From the IMG/VR virus record IMGVR_UViG_3300036444_000012, positions 1 through 50,793 of that record: a stretch of 50,793 bases of DNA; one strand, 5' to 3'. Origin of the DNA: a virus (lineage: Duplodnaviria; Caudoviricetes). Below the pieces are notes generated by a model. That model saw only the letters and a program-made list of their open reading frames with translations. It was not told the DNA's origin and searched no databases. The position numbers and the translations under genes were made by a program. Shown in pieces: positions 34,432 to 43,004 of the stretch. How positions within the stretch are numbered: position 1 is the first letter of the stretch; each line of letters opens with the position of its first letter.

Positions 34432-37115
34432 TCCGCCGCCTCCGCATTCGCGAAGGCCTCGGCTTCGATCAGATCGAACAGCGTCGGGCCATCATTGCCG
34501 CCCGCCGCTTCGCGCGCATAGGTTACGCCGTCCCGCCAGTAATCGGCGCTCAGCTCGATGCCGATCGCCTTCCTGCCCATGCGCAGCGCGCAGTAGGGAA
34601 CGGTCATGATGCCGCCGAACGGGTCGAGCACCGTCTCGCCCGGCATCGAATAGTCCTCGATCGCCCGCTCGACGATGTCGAACTGCAGCGGACAAAGGTG
34701 CATTTCCCTGCCCTTCCGCTGCTGCAGCATGTTCAGCGTGCGCATGCGCGCAACATCCGTACGGATTGCAGGATGGTTGCTATGCGGCGGCGCGATCATG
34801 AAGGTCGGCGGCAGGCGTCCGGCTTCGTCGAGTTGCTCACAGAACTCGACATGGATCGCATGGTCGTAGATGTTGCGTTCGCACCACGCCTTCCAGCCAC
34901 GATAGATCATCTTCGCGTCGAGCTTGATCAGCCGGGTCAGTTCTTCCGGCAGCAGCGGCCGGTTGCCGCTGGAGCGCCACACGCCATGGGCGTCGAGTTG
35001 CCAGCGCCCGCGCGAATAGCCGGTGCCCGGGATCGCACGGATCCTCTTGCTGTCATAGTCGTCATCACCAGGGACAACCGGCTTGCCCGAAATCACAGTG
35101 ACGAAATCGGGCTTGGGTTTGACCACCGGAACATCCGCGTAACCGCGGCTGCGGTCCGTCTGCGGCTTGCGGAATTCCAGCGTGTACTCCGGCATGCCGT
35201 GGCCCATCCGGGTGCCATCCTTGCATTGCTCGGTCCAGCCCAGCCGGTAGGTCTGATTGTTCTCGCGCACCACATCGGTGCCGATCGTCACCCGGCCGAG
35301 GTAGGCGAAACCATGGCCGCGGAAGTGCGCCACGCAATCATCGGAGAACGGGGACACGGTCTGGAAACCCATGCCCTTGATGCCACCCGGCACGATCCTG
35401 TCCTTGACATGGATGATCGCTCTCCGGCCGGGCTTCAGGATGCGCAACAGCTCCGGTACCAGAAAGTCCATCTGCTGCCAGAAGTGCGCATCGTCGTCGG
35501 TGTGCCCGAGGTCGTGATAGGACGGCGAGTATTCGTATTGCGTTCCGAACGGGACCGAGGAGACGATCAGGTCGATGCTGTCGCTCTCCATCTCGCGCGT
35601 CTCGAGAATTGCGTCGTTGTTGATGACGCGCCAGCCTGGGCCGCTCTCTTCCTGCCGCAGCACACCCATAGATCGACGCATCGTTTCCGCGAGCGCCAGG
35701 TTGGAAAGTCCATAACGACGCACGATCGCCGCCATGCGAGCCGCCTGCGCCTCGAAGTTGCGCCAGGACCGTTCGATCTTTTCACGGATCGGCCGCTCGG
35801 CTTCCGTGTAGATCAGGTCGGCGCGCACCTGGTGCGTTTGGCCGAAGCGTTGGGTCCGAAAGAGCGACTGGTAGAAGTCGTGGAAATTGAAGCCGATGCC
35901 GAGATAGATGTTCCACCAGCAGAACGCCTGGAAATTGCAGCCGGAGCCGTTCAGCGTCGGCTTGGTACCGAGCTCCGCGAACTTCCCTTCCGCGAAGTCG
36001 ACGACACGATCTTCGCGTTGTTTGAAATCCTGGTTGCCCCAGACTGTAAGAGCCGTCGGTACCGCCTTTTCGATGGCACGGCGCTCGTCTTCCAGGTCAT
36101 GCCAGAGGATGCGGTGCGCGCTGGGATCCTCGGCCCGGATTTCCATCATCTTGGCGACGCGGGCATCGAGGCTGCGCTTTTTTTCGCGCGAGGCATCAAC
36201 GACGCCATGTGCGGCATCCGCAAACATGCGCCCTTGCCCGTCGCGCTCGCTACCCGCCGAGGAATGGTCGGAAGGGATTTCATGCCAGCGGATGTCCATC
36301 GGCGGCAGGTCGTAGCCCTCGTCCGAGAAGCCAAGATCGGACGGTTTCTGGACGAACAGCGCCCAGCTCGACACCCACAGCCAGAATTCCTCTTCCTTGT
36401 GCGGGTGCAGGGTGAGCTTGTCGGCCTTGCTCGAATCTCGCTTGAAGAACCTGGTCTTCGCCTCGCCAACATCCATCACGCCCAGGAATGCGGCATAAGC
36501 CAGCAATTCGACATATTCGTTAGGGTCGGGGATCGCCGTCGCCACGAAACGGAACGGAATGCCATCGGTCTTGACGCCGGCGGCCCGATCGTCGCCGGCG
36601 GCCTGGGCCATGAACTCGCGAAAAGTCTTGGAGCCGCCGAACCCGCGTAGGCATGCGGCTTCGTCGAGCGACAGGAACGTGAAGAGGCTCATGTCGAGCT
36701 TGCCCTCACGCACCGTCTCATAGTTGGTGACGTAGAGAAGCTTATCGCCCGACCCCGTCGTGTTAGGCGCCTCCATCTGGTCGGTGCGGTTGATGAACTT
36801 CAGCCGAAGACCCGGATGATATTTCTTCTGTTCGAGAAAGAACTCGTATTTGACGCCAAGCGGCGCAACGATCAGGCCATGGCCGCCGGCATGCATCATG
36901 CACTGGCGGCCGATCTCCAGCTGCGTCGACGTTTTGTGCAGGCCGAAGCGCAGGAACAACGCACGGCGGCCGCCTTGGCACGCCCAAGGCACGATCGCCT
37001 GCGTCATCGGTTTAAGGATCGGATTGACGGTCTCCGGTAGAACGTCGAAGCCGAGCACTGGCGCGACCCGCACCTTTGCGTTGAGAAACTCCTGGTAGTC
37101 GGGATGGATGGTCAT
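34428..37115 (-). CDS. SNF2-like helicase fused to N4/N6 DNA methyltransferase
   Basis: GLHKT, TNYE, LDEAA, ATA, RTQRFGQ; DSIDLIVSSVPF, HLCPLQ, VLDPFGG. Confidence 0.9.
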   Translation of the reverse strand: MTIHPDYQEFLNAKVRVAPVLGFDVLPETVNPILKPMTQAIVPWACQGGRRALFLRFGLHKTSTQLEIGRQCMMHAGGHGLIVAPLGVKYEFFLEQKKYHPGLRLKFINRTDQMEAPNTTGSGDKLLYVTNYETVREGKLDMSLFTFLSLDEAACLRGFGGSKTFREFMAQAAGDDRAAGVKTDGIPFRFVATAIPDPNEYVELLAYAAFLGVMDVGEAKTRFFKRDSSKADKLTLHPHKEEEFWLWVSSWALFVQKPSDLGFSDEGYDLPPMDIRWHEIPSDHSSAGSERDGQGRMFADAAHGVVDASREKKRSLDARVAKMMEIRAEDPSAHRILWHDLEDERRAIEKAVPTALTVWGNQDFKQREDRVVDFAEGKFAELGTKPTLNGSGCNFQAFCWWNIYLGIGFNFHDFYQSLFRTQRFGQTHQVRADLIYTEAERPIREKIERSWRNFEAQAARMAAIVRRYGLSNLALAETMRRSMGVLRQEESGPGWRVINNDAILETREMESDSIDLIVSSVPFGTQYEYSPSYHDLGHTDDDAHFWQQMDFLVPELLRILKPGRRAIIHVKDRIVPGGIKGMGFQTVSPFSDDCVAHFRGHGFAYLGRVTIGTDVVRENNQTYRLGWTEQCKDGTRMGHGMPEYTLEFRKPQTDRSRGYADVPVVKPKPDFVTVISGKPVVPGDDDYDSKRIRAIPGTGYSRGRWQLDAHGVWRSSGNRPLLPEELTRLIKLDAKMIYRGWKAWCERNIYDHAIHVEFCEQLDEAGRLPPTFMIAPPHSNHPAIRTDVARMRTLNMLQQRKGREMHLCPLQFDIVERAIEDYSMPGETVLDPFGGIMTVPYCALRMGRKAIGIELSADYWRDGVTYAREAAGGNDGPTLFDLIEAEAFANAEAAE

Positions 37116-37618
37116 TCACCCCTCCGATCGGAGGGTTCACACGGTGCATGTTTGCCGCCGCCGTAGACGTACTCTTTCCAAGGCGTCCAGCACCAATTGC
37201 CGTCGCGGTTGCGAAGGAAGCCCCACTTGCGTCGAACCGCGCCCTGCCAGACGATGGTAACGACCTTGCCGGGTCGGCCGTCAGCGCGTCCTATCACTCG
37301 GTGCATGTGCTCGGCTGGCCTGAAAGACCAGCGCCAAGCTGGAACGACATGAACGCTCGCCGAGTAATTCAGCGCACGAGGCGTCCAAGCGTCAAAGTCC
37401 CGCTCATCCAACTTCTTTGTGAGGATCTCTTCGGCATAGGCGACGAGCGGAAAGGTCCAAAAATCCCAAGAATGATCATGGCAATCCGGATCGGCGTCGC
37501 CGCGGTGGAATATGTGGAGGCGCAGGCGGCCACACCAGATCCTCGTCAGATACGGCGTCGAGTGTTCACCGTCGACGCCATAGATCGTACTTGTGCCGAT
37601 GAACGGAACCGCGCTCAT
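37112..37618 (-). CDS. Cupin-like hypothetical protein
   Basis: RLHIFHRGD.D..CHDH.W.F; RPAEHMHRV; WGF. Confidence 0.75.
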   Translation of the reverse strand: MSAVPFIGTSTIYGVDGEHSTPYLTRIWCGRLRLHIFHRGDADPDCHDHSWDFWTFPLVAYAEEILTKKLDERDFDAWTPRALNYSASVHVVPAWRWSFRPAEHMHRVIGRADGRPGKVVTIVWQGAVRRKWGFLRNRDGNWCWTPWKEYVYGGGKHAPCEPSDRRGE

Positions 37619-38112
37619 GGACGAGGCTCCTGACGGCTACTCCGGATGTGACGGGTGCAGAAACGTTGCTGACCTGTATCGTCATAAGCGCGCTCGGCAC
37701 CACACACCGGCATCATCGGACCATCCACTCCATAGGGATCGCCCACGAAATGAAGGCAGCGGCCGGCGAACATCGCGTCGACGAAGGTCATCGGGAGCGT
37801 CGCCGGCAGGTTCGGAACCTCGACGATCGGCGCAGAAGCAACCGGGGTCGCGACCGGCGAAGTCGCGCCCCCGGGACGGCTGCGGCGGCTTGGGAGTTTC
37901 GCGCGAGCCGGTTTTGGTTTGGCCGTCTTGGTGGGCCGATGCAGGCGGCTCCTGGCGTTGGCCAGGATAATCTTGTCGCGCTCCATCTTGCCGATCACGG
38001 CATTGCGGCTGCGGCCATTGCCGAGGCGCGCGGCGATCTGGGACGCGGTGAGCCCCTTAGCTGCCAACAGCTTCAGCACGTCGAGTTCTTCCGAAGTCCA
38101 AGCGGCACTCAT
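37615..38112 (-). CDS. gcrA: GcrA-family cell-cycle regulator homologue
   Basis: WTSEELDVLKLL...GLTASQIAARLG..SRNAVIGK; C-terminal C...CG...FC..H. Confidence 0.88.
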   Translation of the reverse strand: MSAAWTSEELDVLKLLAAKGLTASQIAARLGNGRSRNAVIGKMERDKIILANARSRLHRPTKTAKPKPARAKLPSRRSRPGGATSPVATPVASAPIVEVPNLPATLPMTFVDAMFAGRCLHFVGDPYGVDGPMMPVCGAERAYDDTGQQRFCTRHIRSSRQEPRP

Positions 38113-38306
38113 GCCTGCCCCGCAGAGATCTTCGCCATCTGACGCCGACGGCGCGCGCATTCGCGCTCACCCTGGTGCGGATGATATTTCGACACGCTCC
38201 GATAGCCGCGCGTGCGCTGAAAGTGCGGAACGCGAGGAAGCAGAGGCATTTCCAAGAGAGGCTGAAGCGCAGCCATCAGACCGAATCGGATACCGGCGAG
38301 GCGCAT
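38109..38306 (-). CDS. Small hypothetical protein
   Basis: TGATG and ATGA coupling to both neighbours. Confidence 0.6.
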   Translation of the reverse strand: MRLAGIRFGLMAALQPLLEMPLLPRVPHFQRTRGYRSVSKYHPHQGERECARRRRQMAKISAGQA

Positions 38307-38809
38307 CAGGCTGCTCCCCCCTTGCCCGCCCGCAAGACCGCAACACCGCCAGCCGCCTTGGCACTGGCCAGGACATCGTCGAGGCGATCGGCGACCGTAC
38401 GCACGGAAGAATTGATCTTCTGGAGATCGTTCACTTCGTTGATCGAATAAAAGCCGTCCGCGCCGGCTTGAGCCGTACGAGCCATCAATCCGGACACCTG
38501 ACCGACAAGTTCGGCCACTTGCGTCGACAGGCAGGCGATCTCGGTTTCACGCTGATCGGGTGCCGACAGCGTGTAGCCAGCAAAATCGGCCATGATCTTG
38601 GTAACCAAGGGCCGGCCGCAATCGTCCTCGAGGATCATGACGCAATTGACCGGCATCAGGTCAGCATCGGTCGGGCTGCGCCAGCGGCCCACCTGGCTCT
38701 TCGACATGGAAGTCAATTCCGTGACGCGCTCTATCGTGCCGCAGGCCTCGATCAGATCGCGCTGCGCTGCGCGGAGCCGGTAGAACCAGCGGTCAGTGAA
38801 TTCAGGCAT
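38306..38809 (-). CDS. CII-like regulatory protein
   Basis: RDLIEACG...SKSQVGRW...DLMP...LE..CG.P.VT; position downstream of cro. Confidence 0.7.
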   Translation of the reverse strand: MPEFTDRWFYRLRAAQRDLIEACGTIERVTELTSMSKSQVGRWRSPTDADLMPVNCVMILEDDCGRPLVTKIMADFAGYTLSAPDQRETEIACLSTQVAELVGQVSGLMARTAQAGADGFYSINEVNDLQKINSSVRTVADRLDDVLASAKAAGGVAVLRAGKGGAA

Positions 38810-38829
38810 GGCAACCTCGCGACAAAAGC

Positions 38830-38873
38830 TTTCCCGCGCCGGGAAAACCCGACGTGTTTTCCCGTAGCGGGAA
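38830..38873. promoter_or_regulatory. Two TTCCCG-N3-CGGGAA palindromes
   Basis: 38831-38845 and 38859-38873, 28 bp apart, just upstream of the CII-like start. Confidence 0.7.
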
Positions 38874-39178
38874 GGATCAGAAAGGAGTTCAACTCACGGG
38901 CATGGAAACCCGCATTCACATCACCGCATCATGGCGGCCCATGGCACCGGGAGAGCACCACGAGGCATGCTCTCCCGGCCCTATCATCATGGTGGGCGGC
39001 GAGCTGATCTGCTCCTACGGCGCAAGCGCCGTTCCGCAACCGGTGCAGGGGGCCTTGCGAGCCGTACCTGACCGCCCTCTTCGCTCTCAGGGTATGCGTG
39101 AAAATCCGCATGTCAGTGCTCCCGCTCAAGCCGCCGAGTTGCGGCTTCCAGAAACACAGTCAGGCAACGGAGAAGACG

Positions 39179-39475
39179 ATGACCATTCCGAGCGCAGAAA
39201 CGCGCGCACTCTTGGAAGAGATCAGGGCGAACCTTTTCAAGGAGGCCTTCATAGAGTTTGCCGTACAGGTCAGGCGACGCGACCGCAAGAGCTTCGAGGC
39301 TGCGGCTGCCAGCGTCCTTCGCGCAGTCGAAAAGCTTCCGGTCAAGCATCTCTCGCCGCCGGCGGACGTGAAGGCTGCAACGATCGACCTCAAACTGGTG
39401 CAGGAGCAAGGCCTCAGCGGCGCGCTCGCGGATTTCAACGACGCGGTGCACAAGATCGGCCACCGTTTGAGCTGA
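39179..39475 (+). CDS. Helical hypothetical protein antisense to the cro operon
   Basis: GGAG RBS 6 nt before ATG; GC3-rich codons; amphipathic product. Confidence 0.7.
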   Translation: MTIPSAETRALLEEIRANLFKEAFIEFAVQVRRRDRKSFEAAAASVLRAVEKLPVKHLSPPADVKAATIDLKLVQEQGLSGALADFNDAVHKIGHRLS

Positions 39476-39657
39476 CATCCGATAGCGATCGGCAAGAAAG
39501 CTCCAATCGGCACGGTCGCCAGCATTCGACCATCTCGTTACGACCCTGCCCCCAAGCAATCGAAACCGCCGCATGCGAACGCGATCCAGATCACGTCGCG
39601 AATGGCCAGTCACGAAAGCGCAGAAGGCGTCGTCGAGGCGCCGGGTCAAAGGACGCT

Positions 39658-39885
39658 TCATTCGGCAGCCTCCAGCTTTGCTGTCGGAAGTTCGACAGGC
39701 TCGGGGCCGTAGATGTCGGGCCGAATACGATATCGGGAAATACCGGTGAGCCGCTCGAAATCGAGAACACGAGCAGGCGGAACCTGCTTCCACGAATAGA
39801 AGGCTTGATGGCGAATGCCCAGCCCTTCGGCGAGCTTGCCTAGCCCTCCAACCTTTTCTGCACCCTGTTCAACGAGGTCGATCAT
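39658..39885 (-). CDS. cro: Cro-like repressor (YdaS/Cro family)
   Basis: VGGLGKLAEGLGI..QA...W..VP..RV....RLTGISR..IRPDIY; start at 39885 or 39894. Confidence 0.88.
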   Translation of the reverse strand: MIDLVEQGAEKVGGLGKLAEGLGIRHQAFYSWKQVPPARVLDFERLTGISRYRIRPDIYGPEPVELPTAKLEAAE

Positions 39886-39893
39886 GATCGCCA

Positions 39894-39970
39894 TTGGTAA
39901 GCGATACCTACCTACATTGTCAAGTGAGGAGGTAGGTGCAAAAAAAGTAAGCGATAATTACAATTACCGC
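39894..39970. promoter_or_regulatory. Divergent PR/PRM switch with operators
   Basis: Minus: TTGACA (39923-39918)..TACCAA; plus: GTGCAA-17-TACAAT (39936-39964); operators GTAAG-CGATA-CCTAC (39897) and GTAAG-CGATA-ATTAC (39947). Confidence 0.8.
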
Positions 39971-40669
39971 ATGAGCGTCCAGAGCATCGATACATTGGGT
40001 GAGCGCATCAGATACGCGCGTGAAGCGGCGAAGCTGACGCAGAACGATATCGCCACCTTCTTCAACATCTCACGCGTTTCCGTGACGCAGTGGGAAAAGA
40101 ACACCACGAAACCCGACATGAACAAGATCGGGAACCTAGCCGAACTGCTGCACACCACAGTGGACTGGCTGATTGAGCGCAAGGGCTTTCCCCCGATGGC
40201 GGTTGACGCGAAGGCGATCATCAAGCCACCTCAGAAGACCATGGCCATTCCCGGGAAGGAACTTGTCGGCGAAAAAGATATGCCCATCTACGCCGCCGCC
40301 ATGGGCGGCGACGGTCATCTGCTCGTTTCGTTTGAAGCTATCGATTATTACAAGCGTCCGGCGGTTCTGCAGAATGTTCGTGGAGGCTACGGGATCCTGA
40401 TCAAGGGAGACTCAATGGTCCCCGCCTATCGCGAGGGCGATACCGCTTTAATCAATCCACACCTTCCGCCGTCACGCGACAGCGATGTCATCCTTTACCA
40501 CACCCCACCGAAAGAGATGGGCGAAGAGCAGGCGATCATAAAGCGCCTAGTCGGCATCAGCGATCGCCATTGGAAGCTGCAACAATACAACCCTGCCAAG
40601 GAATTTACCGAAGAACGCGTCGACTGGCCCGTTTGCCATCGCGTTGTCGGAAAGTACAACGCCCGTTAG
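39971..40669 (+). CDS. cI: CI-like repressor (XRE HTH plus S24 autopeptidase)
   Basis: LGERIRYARE...LTQ.DIA....ISR.SV.QWE; GDSM (Ser), IKRL (Lys). Confidence 0.95.
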   Translation: MSVQSIDTLGERIRYAREAAKLTQNDIATFFNISRVSVTQWEKNTTKPDMNKIGNLAELLHTTVDWLIERKGFPPMAVDAKAIIKPPQKTMAIPGKELVGEKDMPIYAAAMGGDGHLLVSFEAIDYYKRPAVLQNVRGGYGILIKGDSMVPAYREGDTALINPHLPPSRDSDVILYHTPPKEMGEEQAIIKRLVGISDRHWKLQQYNPAKEFTEERVDWPVCHRVVGKYNAR

Positions 40670-40917
40670 CAAGCCATCGCAACGCCCTCTTCCACGTCGG
40701 GCAACTCGCCCCACGCACCGAGGATCTTCGCATCTTCCCACTCGCCGGTTGCCGGATCGCCTCTCCGGCTAAACGCGATGGCGGCTCGATAGTCTCCGGC
40801 GATCCGCCGCGCCAGTGCGCACGCATGCTCGCCGCTTTCTGCCTGGATCGGAGCCTCCGTTACGATCGCCCCCATACGTGTTGTCGTGTACGCCTGCACA
40901 ACGAAGTAGGTCAGCAT
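40666..40917 (-). CDS. Small protein converging on cI, probably SOS-regulated
   Basis: RBS GAGGAGGGA; YFVVQAY...IAFSRRGDP.TGEW; stop overlaps cI stop. Confidence 0.85.
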   Translation of the reverse strand: MLTYFVVQAYTTTRMGAIVTEAPIQAESGEHACALARRIAGDYRAAIAFSRRGDPATGEWEDAKILGAWGELPDVEEGVAMAC

Positions 40918-40967
40918 GGCCTGTCCCTCCTCTTTACCCCAACTGCCTCACCATGACAGTCGCATAA

Positions 40968-40982
40968 GAACAAAACAAGATC
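40968..40982. promoter_or_regulatory. Alphaproteobacterial LexA box (one mismatch)
   Basis: GAAC-AAAACAA-GATC versus consensus GAAC-N7-GAAC; overlaps a minus-strand TTGATC -35. Confidence 0.7.
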
Positions 40983-41019
40983 AAAATTGATTCGTGCCAA
41001 TAGGCCAGAGAGACAACGG

Positions 41020-41084
41020 GTGTAGGCAAGGAGCGCGCTTACCTACACGGCCGCTTGACAATGTAGGTAGGTATAACTTACCTT
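41020..41084 (+). promoter_or_regulatory. PL-like promoter/operator
   Basis: TTGACA 41055-41060, TACCTT; operator GTAGG-TATAA-CTTAC 41067-41081; inverted repeat 41020-41048. Confidence 0.8.
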
Positions 41085-41118
41085 CCTCTCCATCGCATCA
41101 GCCGATGGAGCTCTTCCC

Positions 41119-41325
41119 GTGTCTCTCACCATTCAGTCGCAAGCCAGCCAAAGCAGCTCGAGGTGCGTACCGCCTCCCACGGTCCACCTCGGCTTTTTCG
41201 AAGGCGAGAACAAGATCCGCAGCCGCGGCTACGATGAAGCATACGGCGTCCTGCAAACCGTTCTCTCGCTAATCACCATCATCTTCGCCCTTTTCGGCGC
41301 AGCGCTGATCCTCGAGGTGCTGTGA
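41119..41325 (+). CDS. Small protein with C-terminal TM helix
   Basis: GGAG RBS, GTG start; first gene after PL. Confidence 0.6.
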   Translation: MSLTIQSQASQSSSRCVPPPTVHLGFFEGENKIRSRGYDEAYGVLQTVLSLITIIFALFGAALILEVL

Positions 41326-41331
41326 TGGCCA

Positions 41332-41841
41332 ATGCATGACGTTTCTTTCCATCGCCGCAGTTCCAACCAGCTGCGCCCGATCATGCCGGAAGATGGCGTC
41401 GAGGTTCATCCCCGTTGCCGTGAAATGGCGGATTTGATGCGCGAAGGCGTCACCCAATTCCGAGCACTGCTCGGCGCCGGCTTCACCTATGAGGAAATCA
41501 GCCTCCATCGCGACCGTGCCGTCACCCTGGCAACGCAGGAAAGCACGCGCCATGTCGACGAGCGGCCCGACATGCTGGAAGACATCATCGCCAAGGCGCG
41601 GGAAGCCATCACCAGCCGGCCGCCGCTTCCGCGCGGTATGAGGGAAACGCAGGTCACCACCATCCTGTGGGGACGATATTGCGTAGCGTGCGCAGCGCAT
41701 AAGCTCGACCCTTGGCCGGCGCAGCGGGAACGCTGCCTTTCGATCCTTGCTCAATATCTTGGCCATTCCGAGCTGTTCGACCACAGCAAGCGCGCCGTGC
41801 TGCTGGCAGTCGAAGAGAAGATGCCCGGGGGTACGCAGTGA
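41332..41841 (+). CDS. Hypothetical protein
   Basis: Phage-like codons; GTGA overlap with next gene. Confidence 0.75.
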   Translation: MHDVSFHRRSSNQLRPIMPEDGVEVHPRCREMADLMREGVTQFRALLGAGFTYEEISLHRDRAVTLATQESTRHVDERPDMLEDIIAKAREAITSRPPLPRGMRETQVTTILWGRYCVACAAHKLDPWPAQRERCLSILAQYLGHSELFDHSKRAVLLAVEEKMPGGTQ

Positions 41842-42530
41842 ACGCGCATCCTCGGCAGACGGCGTTCAAGGTGCCGACCGTCCCTTCATTCATCCAGGAC
41901 GGCACTGTCGTCGACCTGGTCAACATCACCCCAGCAGATATCGACTTCGCCGCCATGGCCGCAGGTCTCGCAAAGATCGTGCGCTTCAACGGCAGCTTTC
42001 GCGGGCTGGCCTATTCCGACGCCCAGCACTGCGTCATGGGCGCGGACGCGATGATGAACGAAACCGGCGATCAGGTGCTTGCCGGCTATTTCCTTTTGCA
42101 TGACGGCCACGAATATCTGCTTGGCGATTGGTCGAAGCCATCTGTCGACGCCATACTGCACCATCTGCTTGCCTATGTCGGCAAGGATGACAAGACGGCA
42201 GGACTGAAGCAATTCATCCGCGAGGCCTACCGGCGCGCGATTTCTGACGCCAAAGCGCACATCGACCGCGCCATCTTTGCAGCGGCCCGCATTCCCAACC
42301 TCGCGAGCATGCCGGCGACGGTCGCGCAGGTGAAGGATATGGACACGCGCATGTTGCGCGCCGAAGCACTTGCCCTCTACGGCCAGAATGCCGCGCGGCA
42401 CCTTCCCGCCGCAGACCGCCCCGCACCCAAGCTCGATGCCTCGATTAAGCCTTGGGGTGCCATGAAGGCCGAAGAGGCCTTTATCGATCGCCTGCAGCGC
42501 TATCTCGGCATTCGTACGAGGCTGGCATGA
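41838..42530 (+). CDS. HD-family phosphohydrolase (YfbR/YfdR-like)
   Basis: RFNG....YS.AQHC; LLHDGHEY..GD; VK..D.RML. Confidence 0.88.
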   Translation: MNAHPRQTAFKVPTVPSFIQDGTVVDLVNITPADIDFAAMAAGLAKIVRFNGSFRGLAYSDAQHCVMGADAMMNETGDQVLAGYFLLHDGHEYLLGDWSKPSVDAILHHLLAYVGKDDKTAGLKQFIREAYRRAISDAKAHIDRAIFAAARIPNLASMPATVAQVKDMDTRMLRAEALALYGQNAARHLPAADRPAPKLDASIKPWGAMKAEEAFIDRLQRYLGIRTRLA

Positions 42531-42691
42531 GCAAGAGCAAGACGGCCCCCTTCCGCGTTCATTTCGCAGACGGCGAGAAGGTCGATGTGCAGGCCGCATC
42601 GGTCGACGCCGCGAGAAAGCAGGCGGTCAAGCAGCATCCGACCGGCGACAGCATCGTGACCAAAATCAAACTCATCCGGAGGCAATCATGA
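42527..42691 (+). CDS. Small hypothetical protein
   Basis: ATGA coupling on both sides. Confidence 0.7.
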   Translation: MSKSKTAPFRVHFADGEKVDVQAASVDAARKQAVKQHPTGDSIVTKIKLIRRQS

Positions 42692-42891
42692 CCGCCCTGG
42701 AGATGATGATCGCCACCCGCGCCCGCCTTGATACCGGCGAGCCGCTCCGCCTGCTGATCGGGCACACGCTGCACCGCGCGTCCGAGATTGTGCCCGCACC
42801 CAAATTCCTTGCCGACCTTCGCACTGCCATCGCCTGCGATCTGGACGAACAGATCGCCGCTCTCACCGAAACCGAAAGGCTGTCGTCGTGA
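42688..42891 (+). CDS. Small hypothetical protein
   Basis: GGAGG RBS; coupled overlaps. Confidence 0.7.
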   Translation: MTALEMMIATRARLDTGEPLRLLIGHTLHRASEIVPAPKFLADLRTAIACDLDEQIAALTETERLSS

Positions 42892-43004
42892 ACGACCTGT
42901 CCGAATTCATCATGAGGCATCCGGTCCTTTCGGCCTGGATAGCCTGGAGCGTCTTGATCGTCTTTAGCGCCTGCGCGGCCGCACTCATCGTGAGGGCGCG
43001 CTGA
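42888..43004 (+). CDS. 38-aa single-TM peptide (absent from the ORF track)
   Basis: GTGA start overlap, TGATG overlap with ssb; VLSAWIAWSVLIVFSACAAALIV. Confidence 0.65.
   Translation: MNDLSEFIMRHPVLSAWIAWSVLIVFSACAAALIVRAR

Noticed and set aside
34698-36650. 650-aa + strand ORF
   Set aside because: Antisense shadow of the helicase-methyltransferase
38854-39843. 329-aa + strand ORF as one real gene
   Set aside because: The distal part is Arg-rich, out of frame over the 39179 gene and antisense to cro; only the first ~60 codons from ATG 38902 are plausible
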